Assembly: GCA_964187785.1 (NCBI GenBank) | Contig: OZ076414.1 | Location: 63,302,001-63,366,000 of the forward strand | Source of the DNA: Amphiscolops sp. MND2022 | Lineage: Eukaryota | DNA length: 64,000 nt | Direction: 5' to 3' | Shown here: piece after piece, positions 34,576 to 48,648 of the stretch | How the letters are laid out: every line of letters starts with the position of its first letter | Numbering within the stretch: position 1 is the stretch's first letter | Made by a program: the position numbers and the translations under genes | The notes under the pieces: generated by a model | Told to the model about the DNA's origin: nothing | The model's database searches: none | The model's input: the letters and a program-made list of their open reading frames with translations, nothing else

Positions 34576-37500
34576 TAATGAAAACTTAAAAGCAGCGAAA
34601 ATCAGTTGAGCTGCAAGGTAGCAAAAACGTATCAATTAAGAAAAAAAACTCCATAAAGTTTAAGTGAGATACAAAGATATGACCGAATTCGACAAGAATC
34701 CTAAAAAGAATTTTAAAAATGTAACGGTATCCTGTTATCAACGAAGTTTTGACGCTTTTTGAAAAGTTCTTTCAAATCTGACGTGGCACCCAAACATGAC
34801 TTTGGGAAGTACCTGTCAGCAGAAAGTATAGAAAGACGGTAAAAGAATCCGCCCCGCGAAAGAGAGCGAAACTTTCGCGAGTATTGACAGTGAAACAAAC
34901 AAAAACAAGCCAAAACCACAGTGTTTGCCCGCAGAAATCCAGGTTTTTGCAGTGCTCAACCCAGAAACATCATGACAGCCTGAGGACTGTACCCGTGCCC
35001 GGGGGTTGTGCCCAGTTCGCGCCGTGCCGCCCCATTATCCACATCCAATATCGCCGAACTGGACTCTGTTATCGTAATTTGTGTGCTTTTTGTGTATTTA
35101 GATAATAATATGCTCGAGGGCTATTTCAAGTTCGTATTTCATTTACTCAGATTCCCACTGGAGAAATTCAGTTATTTACGACCTTGCCGTTTTTACAAGC
35201 TATCTACGCGGTGGTTGCGAATTTCAGAGCAATACCTGTGATTCCTAGCAATTACAGACTGGTATCAGGCCAGAGAGCGTCCTTAAAGACGGGTCCCCCT
35301 CCTCGGGACCGGCTATCCTTAGCAGGACAAAATGAGCTTAGCGCTTGCCGTTACAAAACAAAACTGATTCAGAAACTTGAACAAAACCACGAACAATTAT
35401 GCAATTATAAGAGTTACGAAAACTAATGAACGCAAGCTTAAACATATAATATGTTCACTAAATCACCGAACAAAAGGTACAAGCTCTAGTTTCGACTGCT
35501 GGACTTTGTTATCTGCTGCAGGCCTGCATTCAAGTTAATTTTTTAAACCTAAAAAATTCAGTCAGCTTCCGCTTGTAAAATGATTCGAATTACACCGCAT
35601 TTTCCACTATTGCGATTAAATTTGGCGGTAAAACTGGTGTCAATTTAGCTGCATCTAAAACACTGTTTGTCAATGAAACCTGCAATATTTCAAGGCTTAA
35701 AATTGCCGCCACATTTCGGATGCTTCTTTCAAGCAGCTTGATAAAAGCCGAGTATGACAGGGAAACATTTTCGCATGAACGTCTCCCTCAGAGTTTCAGA
35801 AATTCATAAAATAACTTGCTAGTAACATTAAAGTGCAGGCAAAACGATCAAGCAATTTCAACTAGAGAGGCTGGATACTTTACAAGAATTATTGAGAAGA
35901 ACTTCGAGGATGAGAGAAAGAGAGTCGTTGTAAAGCGTTTGGAAAATACTTGAGGCTAAACACAATATTACAATTCGTAATGTCTGTGTTAGAAAGAAAT
36001 ATAGGCCTCGATGAAACCGTGTTTTTCCAAAGAAATCAGGACTAACAAGCAGAAGAAAAACGGGTAAGAGAATTATCACAAGTTTTATCAAGTTTTCATA
36101 AAGGTACAAGTAACTTAGCGGCAATAAGAAACTATGAAATTATGCAGGTTTGAAAATGCAGTGATTTTGTATTAATTCACAGCTGATGCTCTGCCGATTC
36201 ATTAATACGACGCAGGAATATTTTTTATTTTGATTGAAATAATGAAAGCTGCATTATAAACTTGCTTTTGTCCAGGCAGGTTTCTCGGATCCTCAATTTT
36301 CGTAAAATATCAGTCTCAATGCAAAAAAAATCTCATGCAAAAGGTGAATCAACGCATCATGCAAAACTTCAGAAAGTTCGACTGACTCAAACTGAGCAAA
36401 AACTTTACTTTTAAAAACAACTGTCTGAATCTAAGCTCGAACTTTTGAAGTAAGAATATACAATAGTTAAAAAACCGATTCTGAGTTCAACTTTGTGTTT
36501 TATGTTTTGTCCTTTGGAATTTTGTCCGATTGGTTTTCTTGGGAAACAAGATTTGCAGGATCTTCGGGTGGCTTAGACGTTTTTCCATCATTTGGTTGAT
36601 CGTTCGTACTGTCCTCTGTTATTTCTTTCATCTCTTTGTCAGGTTGGAAAAAGGATAAGATAAAAGTTTCGAAAATACTCGCCATACTCTTTAAATTCTT
36701 TAATTAGCTTGTAATTGAAAAGGATTCTCTTGCGGTTACGTTAGATTGGTACTAAAAATCGAGGCGTCTTTGACCCTAAATTTAGAAAATAATTGAACTA
36801 ACTCACCTACTTGATTTTTTTGCCATTGAAGAAGTCCTTATTTCTAAATTTAAACCGTGTTCTAAATTTTTCAAACTTATTTCTACTATCATCACCGGGA
36901 CATCTTTTATATCAACAAGACGCCCGGGATTTTCTCCGCTATAAATGTAACGCATCAGCAAGGGTTCGAATCCATGACCTCGTGTCTGCCAGGCAGACGA
37001 ATTAACAACTGCGCCATGGGACTAGAATTTACTAAATGGAGAAATAAAGTGGAGATTTGGCAGTTCAAGTTACTGAAATAGTCAAGTGAAGATGGAGATT
37101 GTGGAGATATGGCAGAATTTGGAAAAAAAACGCAACACAGATTATGATTTTCCTCCTCCATTATATGTGGGCGGAAAATAACAAAGTTATCTGAGAACTT
37201 CGAAGACGTTATGCGAAACAAATTCTTCGAGCACTTTTCTGAAAGTACCTTCCCTATCATTTGAAGGATTCCGAAAATATTTTGGGAAAAACAGATTACA
37301 GCTATATCTGTTTCCAACCCTCGCCAATACCATCTCGAGAAACTTTTGAGCTGTAGCTTCTTTCGCTCGCTTTCAACTTCTGAGTCTGTTTGGATTCCGA
37401 ACTCATTCCGCGATTCCGTTTTTCTGTTTCTTGGAGAAGGTTCGCTTGCGTTTCGTGATCTGCCGTTTTGGTTCTCACAGAAGCCTTTCGCTTTGATGCT

Positions 37501-38712
37501 TCACTTTCTAAATTAGTTTTCACTGAATATTTTGGTTTGGATGTTTCGTCATCATGACTACTTTCTGTCGACTTCAAAGTGTGTCTTATTTTTGATTGCT
37601 GATCTTCGTTTTTGGAACGAAATGATTGCTTGTTGTTCATTTTTTGGTCAACTGATTCAATCCAGTTTGATGATTTCAATTTAGTTTCATCCTCAACTAC
37701 CACTGATCGTTTTCAATCTTCATCCAATTCCTTCACAGGTTGAAAAAAAAATGAAGGAGAATTCTCTCTTTCTCTCAAAACTCGGAGCATTTCTTAACTA
37801 TATCAGAGCATTTCTTAACTATTCATATCGCATTTTAGTATAATCACTAAATCATTAGTGTATAATCATGAAAGCTAAGCAAGAGCTCATGAATATCGTT
37901 CCTTGTTTGACGCCAAATTATTTTTCAAAGTACCATTTTCAATTGGAGAGTTTGAATCGAATGCTAAAAACTTTGAACAATGGCGAACAGTTCGGAGTTG
38001 AAAATTTAAAGTTGCATTGTATTTAGAAAAAAACTCAATCGTTGGTCGCAAAAAGTTTGAAAAACATTGAAAAAACTACTTTTTCCAACCTTCATATGTC
38101 TTTGACTTTTCCGAGGAAGTTTTTTTCCGACACTGGTTCCAGAGTTGCTGGCTGAACTGCAGGTGAAACATTTTTCTTCACTGATGGCTTTTTCGAAGAC
38201 TGCTTCCGAGCAGTAACCTTTTTAGAAGAAGGTCTTTTAGAGGACGGTTTCTTCGAAGAGGGTTTTTGTGAAGATCGTTTTCCTTCTAGTAGAGGGAGGC
38301 AGAATTTATGACTTCATAAATTGGTTTATTGGGTTTCAAACAAAAGATTTTGGTTCTTTTCTGTTTTTCCCCCCACCACCAAGAAAGAAAGTTATGAAAG
38401 AAGGTTTTATTTTTAATTAGGCTAATCTGAAGTTTTCAAGGAAAGTTATTTTCAAAAATTTTGGTGGTGGTGGGGAAAACAGAAAAGAGCCAAGATTCTT
38501 AATGACATCCTTGAATATGAAGTTTTGATCTCTGGTGAGTACACACGAGTGATTAATTTTTCGTCTGTCTCAAAATTTCGGATCTAATTATGATAGAACC
38601 ACAAAATCTAGCAGAAATATAAACAACATATATGCAACAAAGTTTTTGACAGTTACTAATCTCTAGGAAGTCAAGTGTCGATTTGAAAAACTATGGTGTG
38701 AACCCACGGTAA

Positions 38713-39742
38713 GGTTGGGCGACAATTCGTCCCAAGCGACGATTCGTCCCAAATTCAAAAAAGCGACAATTCGTCCCAAACGACAGTTCGTCCCATTTTA
38801 ATAAGGCGACAATTCGTCCCATTTGTAAAACGCGACAATTCGTCCCAAAGTGTTTAATTGATCAGCTAATTAACCATCTTTTGAAGATTGAAATCAAAGA
38901 ATTAAACAAACAAACTACAAATGAATTCATTTAAGCACGTGACAACAATTAGAAATTGAAATTGCATGAAATGCCAATCAAAGTTTTTTTGATTCAATTG
39001 TTCTGGTAATTAGCTAAAGTTTCCAAAAGGCGCTCGCTGCTGGCTTCATACTTCGCATCTTTTTTGAACTTTTCACCAGCAATTTTATTCTCCGTCAAGC
39101 TTTGTTCTCTCTTGAGGTAATGCAAAAACTTCAGGACTGTGGAGTGAGAAAACCCCATTCCCGATTGGAAAGTGTGATGCCATCCTTCGACTACATTGTT
39201 GGTCTTTTGACCACCATTGGCGGCGGCATCGTATTGGTTTCATAGTCCATGATGGAACAAAGGTGTAGATCGCTGTCCAAGCCTCCCCGACGAACCCAAC
39301 CAGGTTGTTTCGAAATATTCAAAGAAGGGCATTTAAAATTTAGAGTAAACTAATTTATCGTTACCTCTTTCAGTAGAAATGAATGAGTGTTTCATGTTAA
39401 CGTACTGGTCGTAAAACTGGAGAACTTAATATTGAAGAATGTGAACAAAAAAACATCCAGTTTACAAAAATGAGGCACTAATAATTGGTGTTAATGGTTA
39501 GTACCTGCCTCTAAATGTAATATTTCCGGATTCATTATTACAACAGTCTTTATGGGTAATTAATTTGTGGAAGAATTGCAGCTTTCAGTAATTGGGACTT
39601 ATTATTGCCTTTTCAATGAGACGAATTGACGCTTGGGACGCTTTGTCGCCTTTTGGAATTTGGGACGAATTGTCGCTTTTTGGAATTTGGGACGAATTTT
39701 TGCTGGGACGAATTGTCGCTTGGGACGAATTGTCGCTTTACG
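38713..39742 (-). mobile_element. Non-autonomous Mutator-like (MULE) DNA transposon derivative, ~1.03 kb
   Basis: 9-bp TSD CCACGGTAA (38704-38712, 39743-39751); arrays of GCGACAATTCGTCCCA subterminal repeats in inverted orientation at both ends; minus-strand transposase C-terminal remnant YFETTWLG...KTNNVVEGWH. Confidence 0.88.
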
Positions 39743-40481
39743 CCACGGTAACTAGGAAGAGCGAATCGTTAATTAAGTCCTTTTGACAACTCAGATATTC
39801 CAGCTAAAACTAACAAAATTTTGTAGTTAACAAACAAACTTCTGCTGGAAAAAAGGGAACTTTTTCCTCCCCCCCCCACACTTTTCAAGATGATGTTTTT
39901 GCAATTAATTATATCTCAATTGAGTTTCCAATGAAACAGTTGTTTTAAATTTATTCTCAGGGTGATAGTTTAGGATTCAGATACAAACTTTGTTCACACT
40001 TTTTCCCTATGTAGTTACGCATTTTTGATGAAGAAATCAACAGCTTCCTGTTTTGAGTCATCAATAAACACTCAATACGAACATAATTAGTCAAATTGTG
40101 TGAACAATGTTTTGTTCAAGCGGAAAACTACTCAAATAGTGTGGAGACAACAAAACAAAGGAAAAGATTTATTCGAAGAAATATTGAATGATATAGTCAA
40201 ATATAATCTTTTATGTTGAGTTTGTTTTCTTTAAAAAGTGTGGGGGGGAAAGGAAAAAGAGCCGAGAAAAGGGCCCAGAAATTGGGGAAAATAAAAAATG
40301 CTGGGGAAAACGTACAGCGAGAACAAAAAAACACACACAAAACAGAAGCCATGGTTTTGTATCACTTCACAGAATGATATCTGTAAAAAGGTTGAAATAT
40401 GTGTTAAACGAAAAAAGTAGATTCGAGTAATAAGAATCGTCATTTTGGATTTTGTTGGTAGCTTTGCCAGAAATTCCATCT

Positions 40482-43400
40482 CTATGTACCCGGTACTGGT
40501 ACAGCCCCTGCGGCAACATTCACATCTCCTGCTTTTTGGCTGTTGCTTCCAGCATCTTGCAAGTCGCCGGCCCTGTTTTTTCCCACATCATTATTTTCCT
40601 CAGTCTCAAAAGTTTCTTCATTTCGTACGTTTTCAGAACCTTCGCCGCCACTTTGTAGGGTTTTAGCCGATGCAGCATTACTCAGACTTGCGGTCCCTTT
40701 AGGACTTTTGATGCTTTTCGTACTTTTTGAACTCTGAGCGCTGTTGGTACTTCTTTCGAAGTCTAAAATTGTCCTGTCATTCTGGGGAACATCCAAATAC
40801 TTGTCTTTCGTTTCATCTTCGTTCAAATTTTCCGACTCCGGTTTTGATTCGTTTATCTCGGGTTCTTTCGGGTAATTAGCACCTTGGTTTTTGTAGCACG
40901 GACATCCAGCCAAAACGATGAGAACGATAGCAACTAATGCAAAAGCGGGAGCTCCGCTGACAACCATAGGCACCCGAAATTTGACACCACAGAAGTTTTA
41001 TTTTACCACTTTTTTTGCTGAAACGGTCAATACAATCGCCAGTTAAAGTTCAAAAAGCCTGAAAGTTTTTTCAATGTGCCCAGTAGCTGCTTCTGATACT
41101 CTAAAAAAATGTTTGTGAATTAAAACTTTGGGTTGTGAAAAGTTTTATGATTGAGAGAGAATTGTGCGAGCTTTAATCAGTGTTTGTAAACGCTAAGAAT
41201 ATCCTTGAACAATTTGTCGGATCATGTGTTGAATTCCATAATAATTTTTGACAAATAATTGATGTCGACATGATCCTTTACATTACATTGATTGTCAGTT
41301 AAAGTTGCTCATTGAATTTTGCCACGGAGAAAACTTGCGTTGAAATAGAGGCCTTTTTATATGGTTTTAGCTTGTTCCAAGCTTGACGTTCCGGGGGGAA
41401 TTAGCAACAAGATGTGCTGGGGGAAATAAAACACATGGTCCAATTTGTCTCTTTAGCTGTTATATTTGTTTCAAATTGCCCTTTTATCGACTTTCGCATT
41501 CAATTCACTCACTTAATTCTTCTCTTCAAAACACGAGTTTTGATATTACTTTGATTCACTTCATAACAGAGCACAAATCGTTGAGCTAAAGGTATTTTGA
41601 CACTCGTGTTTAGTAGGGGAAAATAAACAAGTGAACTGAAAGCAGTTGTTGGCAAGAAGTAATTTGGAACGAAATGAACGGCGAAATAGACAAACGATTT
41701 AGAATAATTCCAGTGTTTACAAAGATTTACCGTTCGCACAAAATCTGTCAATCATAAGTTTTTTCAAAGAAACTCGTCAATGAATCACAGAAGATTGTAT
41801 AATTGTTTTTTGCACTCATACTACGTTTCTTGAATTGATAGTATAGTTTTTTCATTTGCCGCTTGCAATTCAGTGTTTTTTCATCAAACGTTTTGGAACT
41901 ATCTCAGTTTAACTGAAGTTTGACTGAAGTTAATTTGCATTGAAATGGCGCCAAAATTATTAAGGTCTCAGCTGCATTTGAAGATTGAACTGGTACATAA
42001 TGAAAATTGCATAACTTTACAGCTTGAATTTGATACCAAAACTTTGGTGAATCTTTGAAGTACCTTCAAAAAGTCGAATACAACAGGAAAAATTTTCGCA
42101 TGAAAGTTTCCGTTAGAGTTTCAGAAAATCATACAAAAGTTGGGGGCAATTTCTCAGAACATGTAAGAAGTTCAAGCAATTTCAACAAGTGTCGCTCCGA
42201 AGTTCTTATTGAAAGCCTCTCATCTTCAGATATAAAGTCCTTCCCGAGACCGCTGTTCTGACTAGGATTCATAGGGTTTAATAAAACACTGGCCTCGTGT
42301 CACTAGAATTCGAGGAGGTGGCTGAGAGGATTACCAGTCCATATAACTACTAAGGCATTAGGCCTCCAATTAGGTTCATTTAGAGGCGAAGCAATTCAAC
42401 TCGAACATTAGCGAGGCGCTTCGCATTGTGGCGTGGGGCGCTTTTGAATGTATAAATTTGGTGCTTTTGACTAGGCGCTTTTGTCTGAACACGGGCTGAG
42501 AGTCACTGAAAGCCTGAGAGTTTTGCAACCCTTAAACAAAGTAGAATTGTGTATGCTGTCATTCAAGAATTAGTTTGAAGCTATGAAAAACATAGTTTCT
42601 GTGGTGTATGTTACCCATCCAATGTACATTTGAAGAGTAGGAGTTTGGAGATTCTGTCGAATCATGACATCCTCAAAAGCAGAGAACACTTTTTTAGTCG
42701 ACAGTCGAAACCACGCTTTTCCCCAAAACGATTTCATTCGGGTACTTGGGTTGTTGAACTTCTCGCTCTCATCCAGGAACTCCATCACAGGCACCAGAAA
42801 CGTCCCAGTGGATGTGAGAACTGAAGGACAAAACGAATACTTCTTCTGATAGAAGTTTGTAAAATCATGAAAAAATCAGATATGTAACAGCAAAGAACAA
42901 CAAGAAGCAGCAATTGTACCGTTTTTTGGTGATCATTTACAATTGCTCAAAAAATGTTTTTGTCTTTTGATTGATACCCTTCAAACTGCTTGAGCTTTTT
43001 GCATGTTTGTGAAAGTTGCCAACTACTTTAACTAGCTTCTTCTTAACATAAATCTGCGGTATTTTGTTTTTTTCTTTACTTTATTCAGCAAAAAGACTAC
43101 TTTATGATGTCAAATGGTAATATAAGAAACTCATTTTGGACATATATTTTTAATGTAACGTCCATCACAATGGACCATCAGCGTGGTTATAGAACACCTG
43201 CAAAAGTTTTAAAAATCGCACATAAAAATGCCCGATTCGGAGGGCCAATTAACAGCCGAATACGCAAAATCAGTCAAGATGACATAAAAGATCAATAACC
43301 ACCCACCCACAAGATAAGTGAACCCCAACTCGCACTCGTGAAAATCAAAACAACGGGAAAACCTATTCAGAGGTATGCGGTCGACCCGAAATTAGAGAAT

Positions 43401-46400
43401 TCACCCTAAAAATGCAGACGCAACCGGATTTTGGCAACAGAATCACGGACTTTGGTATACTTCATACCTCGCATTGACTGTTCCGCAGATCAAGGACTCG
43501 CTGGAACCTTGATTAAGTCTTTTGCCGACAGAACTCTGTATGTTTTTAACTGTTTTTCAAGTATTTAGAATTGTGTGAACTACCATAGCCTGTATTTTTA
43601 GCATACTTAGCCAATGAAATGTATTCTAGCTTTGAGAAGTCCAATTTTGAGACCTCGGAAGTACGTAGGAAATCTCAGGTACCCTAGAAACACGTTTTTA
43701 CGTGCTTTTGCGACGTGTCTTGTAGCGATTACCTATCGAGTACACGATTTCGAAAATTTCGATGAAAATTTCGTTCAAGGGACTATATCCCCTCTACTGA
43801 AAAGTCATATTCCGCTGGACGGCAGCGTGTCTTTATTCAAGTACCTGCCCACAGAATTGAAGAGAATTTGAGCAAAAGACTCCGGGCAGACCCCAACCGA
43901 ACGAGAAGACTGCAGAAAAACACGGCCGCTGTCAGAAAAAGACTCAAATTTCTGTCAAAACGGACTGAACTTTGTTCTAGCCAGTGCTTTCTTCAGCGAA
44001 GCGTTACAAGACGCTGTGATTACCGAAAATGAGTCAATTGGCTTGACCAAGCATCCGTGCTTGTGTCCCCGGCTAATTGCTGCCTCAAAAGTGCTAATTA
44101 TGTAGTAATTTTCGTATTTTCTTGTTGTAACAGCTCGTGAGCTACTTACTTCGATTTCCTGTGTAACTTCGAAAAAACTTGATTTTTCCTTTCCACCACT
44201 TGCATTTTTTAAAGGCTATCTAAGCGTTGGTTCCGAAGAAAAAGCGTAATGCGCGCTACTGTTAGCAATTACAGACTGGATCAGGCCGGCGAGCACTTCT
44301 TAAGAAGCGGAATCCTCCTCTGACGGGACATTTCTTACCCGAAGGAGGCAAAATGGACTCATGGCCATGGGCGCCTGTCCCGGGCAAATACCCATGCCAT
44401 GTGTTCCTCCTGCTCTTATGGTTACGGCGACAATGGTGAGAGCTTGTCGTTACATCTGGTCTTTGAGTGTGCCAGCATGCCCCCACGGAGCTTTAAAATG
44501 AGGAGTCTCCTCAATGTTGAAAAAAGTCCCAACGAGATAGTTGTTTTAGGGAAAAACTAGTGTTCAGGTATGTGTATAGACTAAAGTCCCATTTCCAGGC
44601 AATCTAAGTGTTGTCCCAGTTCTAGCATGTGCTCCTTTCGCCGGACGTTACAATAAAAAGTATACAATATCAGTCATTGAACTGTAGGGTTCCACTAACA
44701 AATCAGAATGGTTAGAACGAGAAGGCCAATCCAGGGTCCTCTGTCGGCCAAGTCAATTTTGTTGCAGCATTCCAGAATAGCTAGAACGATGATGGTCATC
44801 ACCATGGCTGCAGTGGCAGCAAACAAGGCCAGAGTTAGGTACACATTGGTGAGTATCTTGTCCTCTCCTGTGCCTTTAAGGGCCTTGTCTAAAATCAAGA
44901 AAAGGTTTTGTGGTATCGTTCATTAATAAAATGAACCCAGACATCCAAGACAAATTCAGTAGTTTCCAAATTCTTACACCTTATAAACAAATGAATTGGA
45001 TTGAAATCTGAACAAGACGAGGACGTCTAAAGTCGGCGCTATATCTAAGGCTCAAAAAGCGCAAAACATTCTTTTTTAGAAAAAAACTTGAAGCTTTTGA
45101 AGTTTTTTCTCTCGAACAATGTCGCATAGTGCCGGAAAATGTAAAAGGAGGATCCTTTTTGATTTATTAACATACATTCTGTTGCAAAATAACAAAAAAT
45201 TCGAATTAAAAAACTTTCGAAAAAAGTGCCGAAACAAATTGAATAGGGGGACCCTTTAGTCTCGTCCGGTTTTGTGGAGTACGTTAACAAGTGAATAATG
45301 AAAGGGGGATCCTTTGCACTAAGTTTGCTTTGGCCGGTCTTGGCCTTAGGTGGTTTCAGGAATGTTTCTAAAAGGTGGGCCGATCAGTGTGAGGTATGTG
45401 GGCTGAAAAAAGGTCACTGCAAAAGTCAGGCTTCTTTCCTTAAAAGGCAAACGCGCCGACTAAAAATAGTTCAAAAGCAGATCAAAAAAACTGTTTTTCA
45501 AACCCCATAATCAGAGTTGAAACCGGTCCGGTAAATTGTTCTGAAACATCTACTAATCTTTGGTAGATGAATTTTATTCAGACACTTTTTGTTCTACACT
45601 TATCGAAACACAAGCCCGGCCCGGTTCCAACACTGACTATAATAGATTAGGTTAAAAGTCTATTGCAATTTCATGATGGAAATCTTTTTCAGGAGATGAA
45701 AAAATTGGATTCCAAGAAGTACTAAACTTTGGAAAAAAAATTTGCTTCTTGAGGATAATTTCCAAACAAGCAGATTTGTAAACTAGATAAAAATCTGAGA
45801 AACTTCCAGTTTCGTCATTTTTCAAAACTCATTGCTGGTTTGAGATGATTGATTTTGTGATTTGCCTTATGCTGCTTTTCATAATATCACTACTATAAAT
45901 ATTGAGACCGAAAGGGTAACAAGACGGGCATGTCTAATGTCGGCGCTATACTTAAAGATCAAAAAGTGAAAAAAAAATTAAAATATGCCACAAACGTTTG
46001 GTCCAAAAAATGTCAAAACACCCAGGGGTGCCTTTAATGCTCAGAAAACGCTTCAAAAATTCGAATTCAGGGTCAAATGCGAGCGCGTTTTCCGAACCTC
46101 GGCCTCCTCCTTAGTAGAACGCAGTTTACTTGGAATATAACGTCATTTTGGGATGTAGCGCAAAATTTTTGAGCTTCATCTTCCTCTTCGAAACCTAAAT
46201 TACTTCGCATATAGCGTCAAAAAAAACGCATAGTTTTGATAAAAATTTTTGGTAGCCCTATTCTGAGAGCTTAAGTCCTTTTCTCTAAACTTTGTATTCG
46301 GATCTTTCCAAACATCACCGAAACCTCGCTTATTTGAAGAAGTACTCGTCCCAAGGCCGTTTTGGTCCAAAGGCAAATTACCTATTATGTTTTGAATTTC

Positions 46401-47503
46401 AGGCAACACTCTGTCATTAATGGCTGAATTATTTGCCCTCTTAATCTGCGTTTGCATTAAGTTCATTTGTGAATCCAATTCGTGAGACAATCTAGAATTC
46501 ATTCCACTTGATAATATCTCAATAGACTCTGCAAGCCCATCTTGCCTAACTGGGCTATTTCTATTATCGATGTTCTTGATCTAATTTTCCTGAGATGAGG
46601 TTCCTCTATTAGGTGAGAACTCAAAGTCCTGGTGCCTACTGGGCGTGTTTGACCTATTCGACCAACGGTCCCGGTGGGCTTTTTCAGGCTTTAGCAACAG
46701 AGGGATAGTACAAAGTGGTAATACCAGTCATGATTTATTATTTTAACGGTCGCAACATCCACTCATGTAAACTTTTATTAACATACATATAGCATCAGAA
46801 CATTTTGTTTTTTTTTCCAACAAATAAAACAATGGCATCAACTAATTATATATTTAGACCTGTTATCCCGAGTACCTTTACTTGTCCATTCCGGCTAATT
46901 ACGAGTGTACTATAAAGACCGCAAACAGAGCGGTGAATAAATGTAAGGTTTGATGCCGTGAACGGCTATGCTGGCTATACTGAGCAGACAGACATTTGAA
47001 CGCGTTTCTTTTCTGCCTGTCAGTATAGCTTGCTGCCAAATATTATTAAAATATTTTCCAAAAATTTTCAATGAAAATTTTGCCAATTATTTTCAATGAA
47101 AAATATAAACGTTTCAAACATAACAGTTTACTCATACCAAAAGTTTAGTTCCGGGTAGGGCAACGAAAAAAATCTTGCCACTGTAAAAATCATGCTCCTT
47201 CTGTTAAAATGCATTGACTAGAAGAAAACAAATTGCGGGTATAGGCAAAAATGGATTAAATCAAAAATTGCAGTACCACTGTGCTTCATTATTACAAATC
47301 CACTCACCAGAGAGTTTCATGCAAACAGTGCCTAGGGCGGTAAAACAGCTGTGAATTACCCCATGCATGAGAGATATCTGGGTCTCCCCTTCTGGTCCTC
47401 TGATCTTGTAGAGGGGCTTCATGATTATGAACATCGCACAGAGAAGCACTAAATCAACCATGGCAATTCCTACACAGATCAGAGTTCTTGAGTGGCACAG
47501 CAT
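40482..47503 (-). CDS. Probable host tetraspan membrane protein gene, claudin/PMP22-like, multi-exon
   Basis: Phase-compatible exons 47503-47308, 44888-44700 and 42820-42615 with canonical sites (e.g. G|GTGAGT, TTTTAG|, CCTTCAG|) give TM1-loop with C-x7-C-TM2-TM3-loop-YIGW. A terminal exon within 40973-40482 supplies ALVAIVLIVLAGCPC + tail, but its splice junction was not resolved. Confidence 0.55.
45020..45470. repeat. Second copy of the AGTCGGCGCT subterminal-IR repeat family
   Basis: IRs at 45031-45040 and 45453-45461; GGGGGACCCTTTAGTCTCG core as at 21960. Confidence 0.55.
46270..47050 (-). mobile_element. Decayed LTR/gag-N-terminus remnant of an A-related family, in an intron of the claudin-like gene
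   Basis: LDSQMNLMQTQIKRANNSAINDRVLPEIQN (46502-46200 frame) parallels element A VLPSIQN region; CTGAGC..ATTTGAAC(A/G)CGTTTC motif shared with A LTR ~4347-4381. Confidence 0.5.
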
Positions 47504-48079
47504 CTACAAGTGAAACCAGAACTTCGTCCAAAACCTGCTGCTCTCCCAAAAGGCTCTTTTCTGTCCCCCCCCCCCACACCATCAAAATTTTTTAATTTTT
47601 TGATGGAAAATTACAAAAAAAAAAACTTCAAACTGGTTGAATTCGATTGGAAGTTTTTTCCCCATAACAGGAAGTTAACCTCTATTGGAATAGTTTTTCA
47701 TTTGAACAAAACATTTTTCACACAGTTTGAATGTACATATGTTGAAAATTAACTGTTTTTAGTGACTCAAAACAGGAAGCGGTTGAGTTTTCAACGAAAA
47801 AGCGTGACTTCATACGGAAAAATGTGTGAACAAAGTTTGTATCTGAATTCTAAACTATCATTTTGAGTATAAATATAAAAGTAAAGGTTTCTAATTCATG
47901 AATTAAAAACCTTTACTTTTATATTTATACTCAAAATGACAGTTCTAAGTCGTTTGTATTTTAATATTTCCACGAAATTTTTTTCAAAAAATAGGTAGTG
48001 GGGGCTAAACAGAAAAGAACCTCCGAAAATTCAGCCGTATTCAGTCATAATCTTGATTATCATGATAATCAAAATGTTG

Positions 48080-48648
48080 GGTACTTTTCCAGTTTACCTC
48101 CAACCCTCGATTCTTACAAACTGATTTGTAAACTGAACAGAATTTATAGCAGAGGTTTATATCCAGGGTTCGGGAAAAACAATATTTTGAAAAAATCATG
48201 TTTGAAACATTTAAAACATTAAACATTCTTGTTTAAAGCATGTTCAAAACTCTAGACCTATCAAAAAAATTTCTATCACAAAACGACCTAAGGACTAAGT
48301 TTACTGCAGTAAGCGAATACAGAAAGCAAGTTCGCCTTTTTGATATCTTGCGCCAAATTGATCAAGATTACTTGCGATTTTAGGAGCTTGAAAATATCTA
48401 TAACTGAAATAAAAACAATCGAACAAATTAAGGTTTTTGTCATGTTTAAAACTTTGTTTAAAACATAATTGAAACGCATTTAAAACATGGCGAACCCTGT
48501 TTATATCTAACAATATCAAATAAAATTGATTCAAACGGATCTAACCCTTCACTTCCGGTCAGTTCCACTCTGACATTTAATACAGATTCTCAAATTGAAA
48601 AATAAAAAAAATAAACAACTCGAGGGTTGGGGAAACTGGAAAAGTACC
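48080..48648. mobile_element. MITE, ~570 bp, ~30-bp TIRs
   Basis: GGTACTTTTCCAGTTT(A)CC(T)CCAACCCTCGA and its inverse at the ends; flanks AAATGTTG / ACATGTTG (8-bp TSD, 1 mismatch). Confidence 0.75.

Noticed and set aside
36500-38290. Possible minus-strand host gene of Lys/Ser/Glu-rich exons (36500-36685, 37302-37703, ~38090-38285)
   Set aside because: Coding-like composition, but joining the pieces requires a homopolymer frameshift and crossing an in-frame stop; no domain recognised, so not called.
35246-44360. HDV-like ribozyme or RNase P/MRP call for the two TAGCAATTACAGACTGG elements
   Set aside because: CCTCCTC and CAAAAT resemble HDV loops, but P1, P1.1 and P2 could not be paired consistently in both copies; RNase P/MRP similarity is limited to a few nucleotides.
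48054-48073. Perfect palindrome TTGATTATCATGATAATCAA
   Set aside because: Isolated AT-rich palindrome next to a MITE end, with no supporting context.
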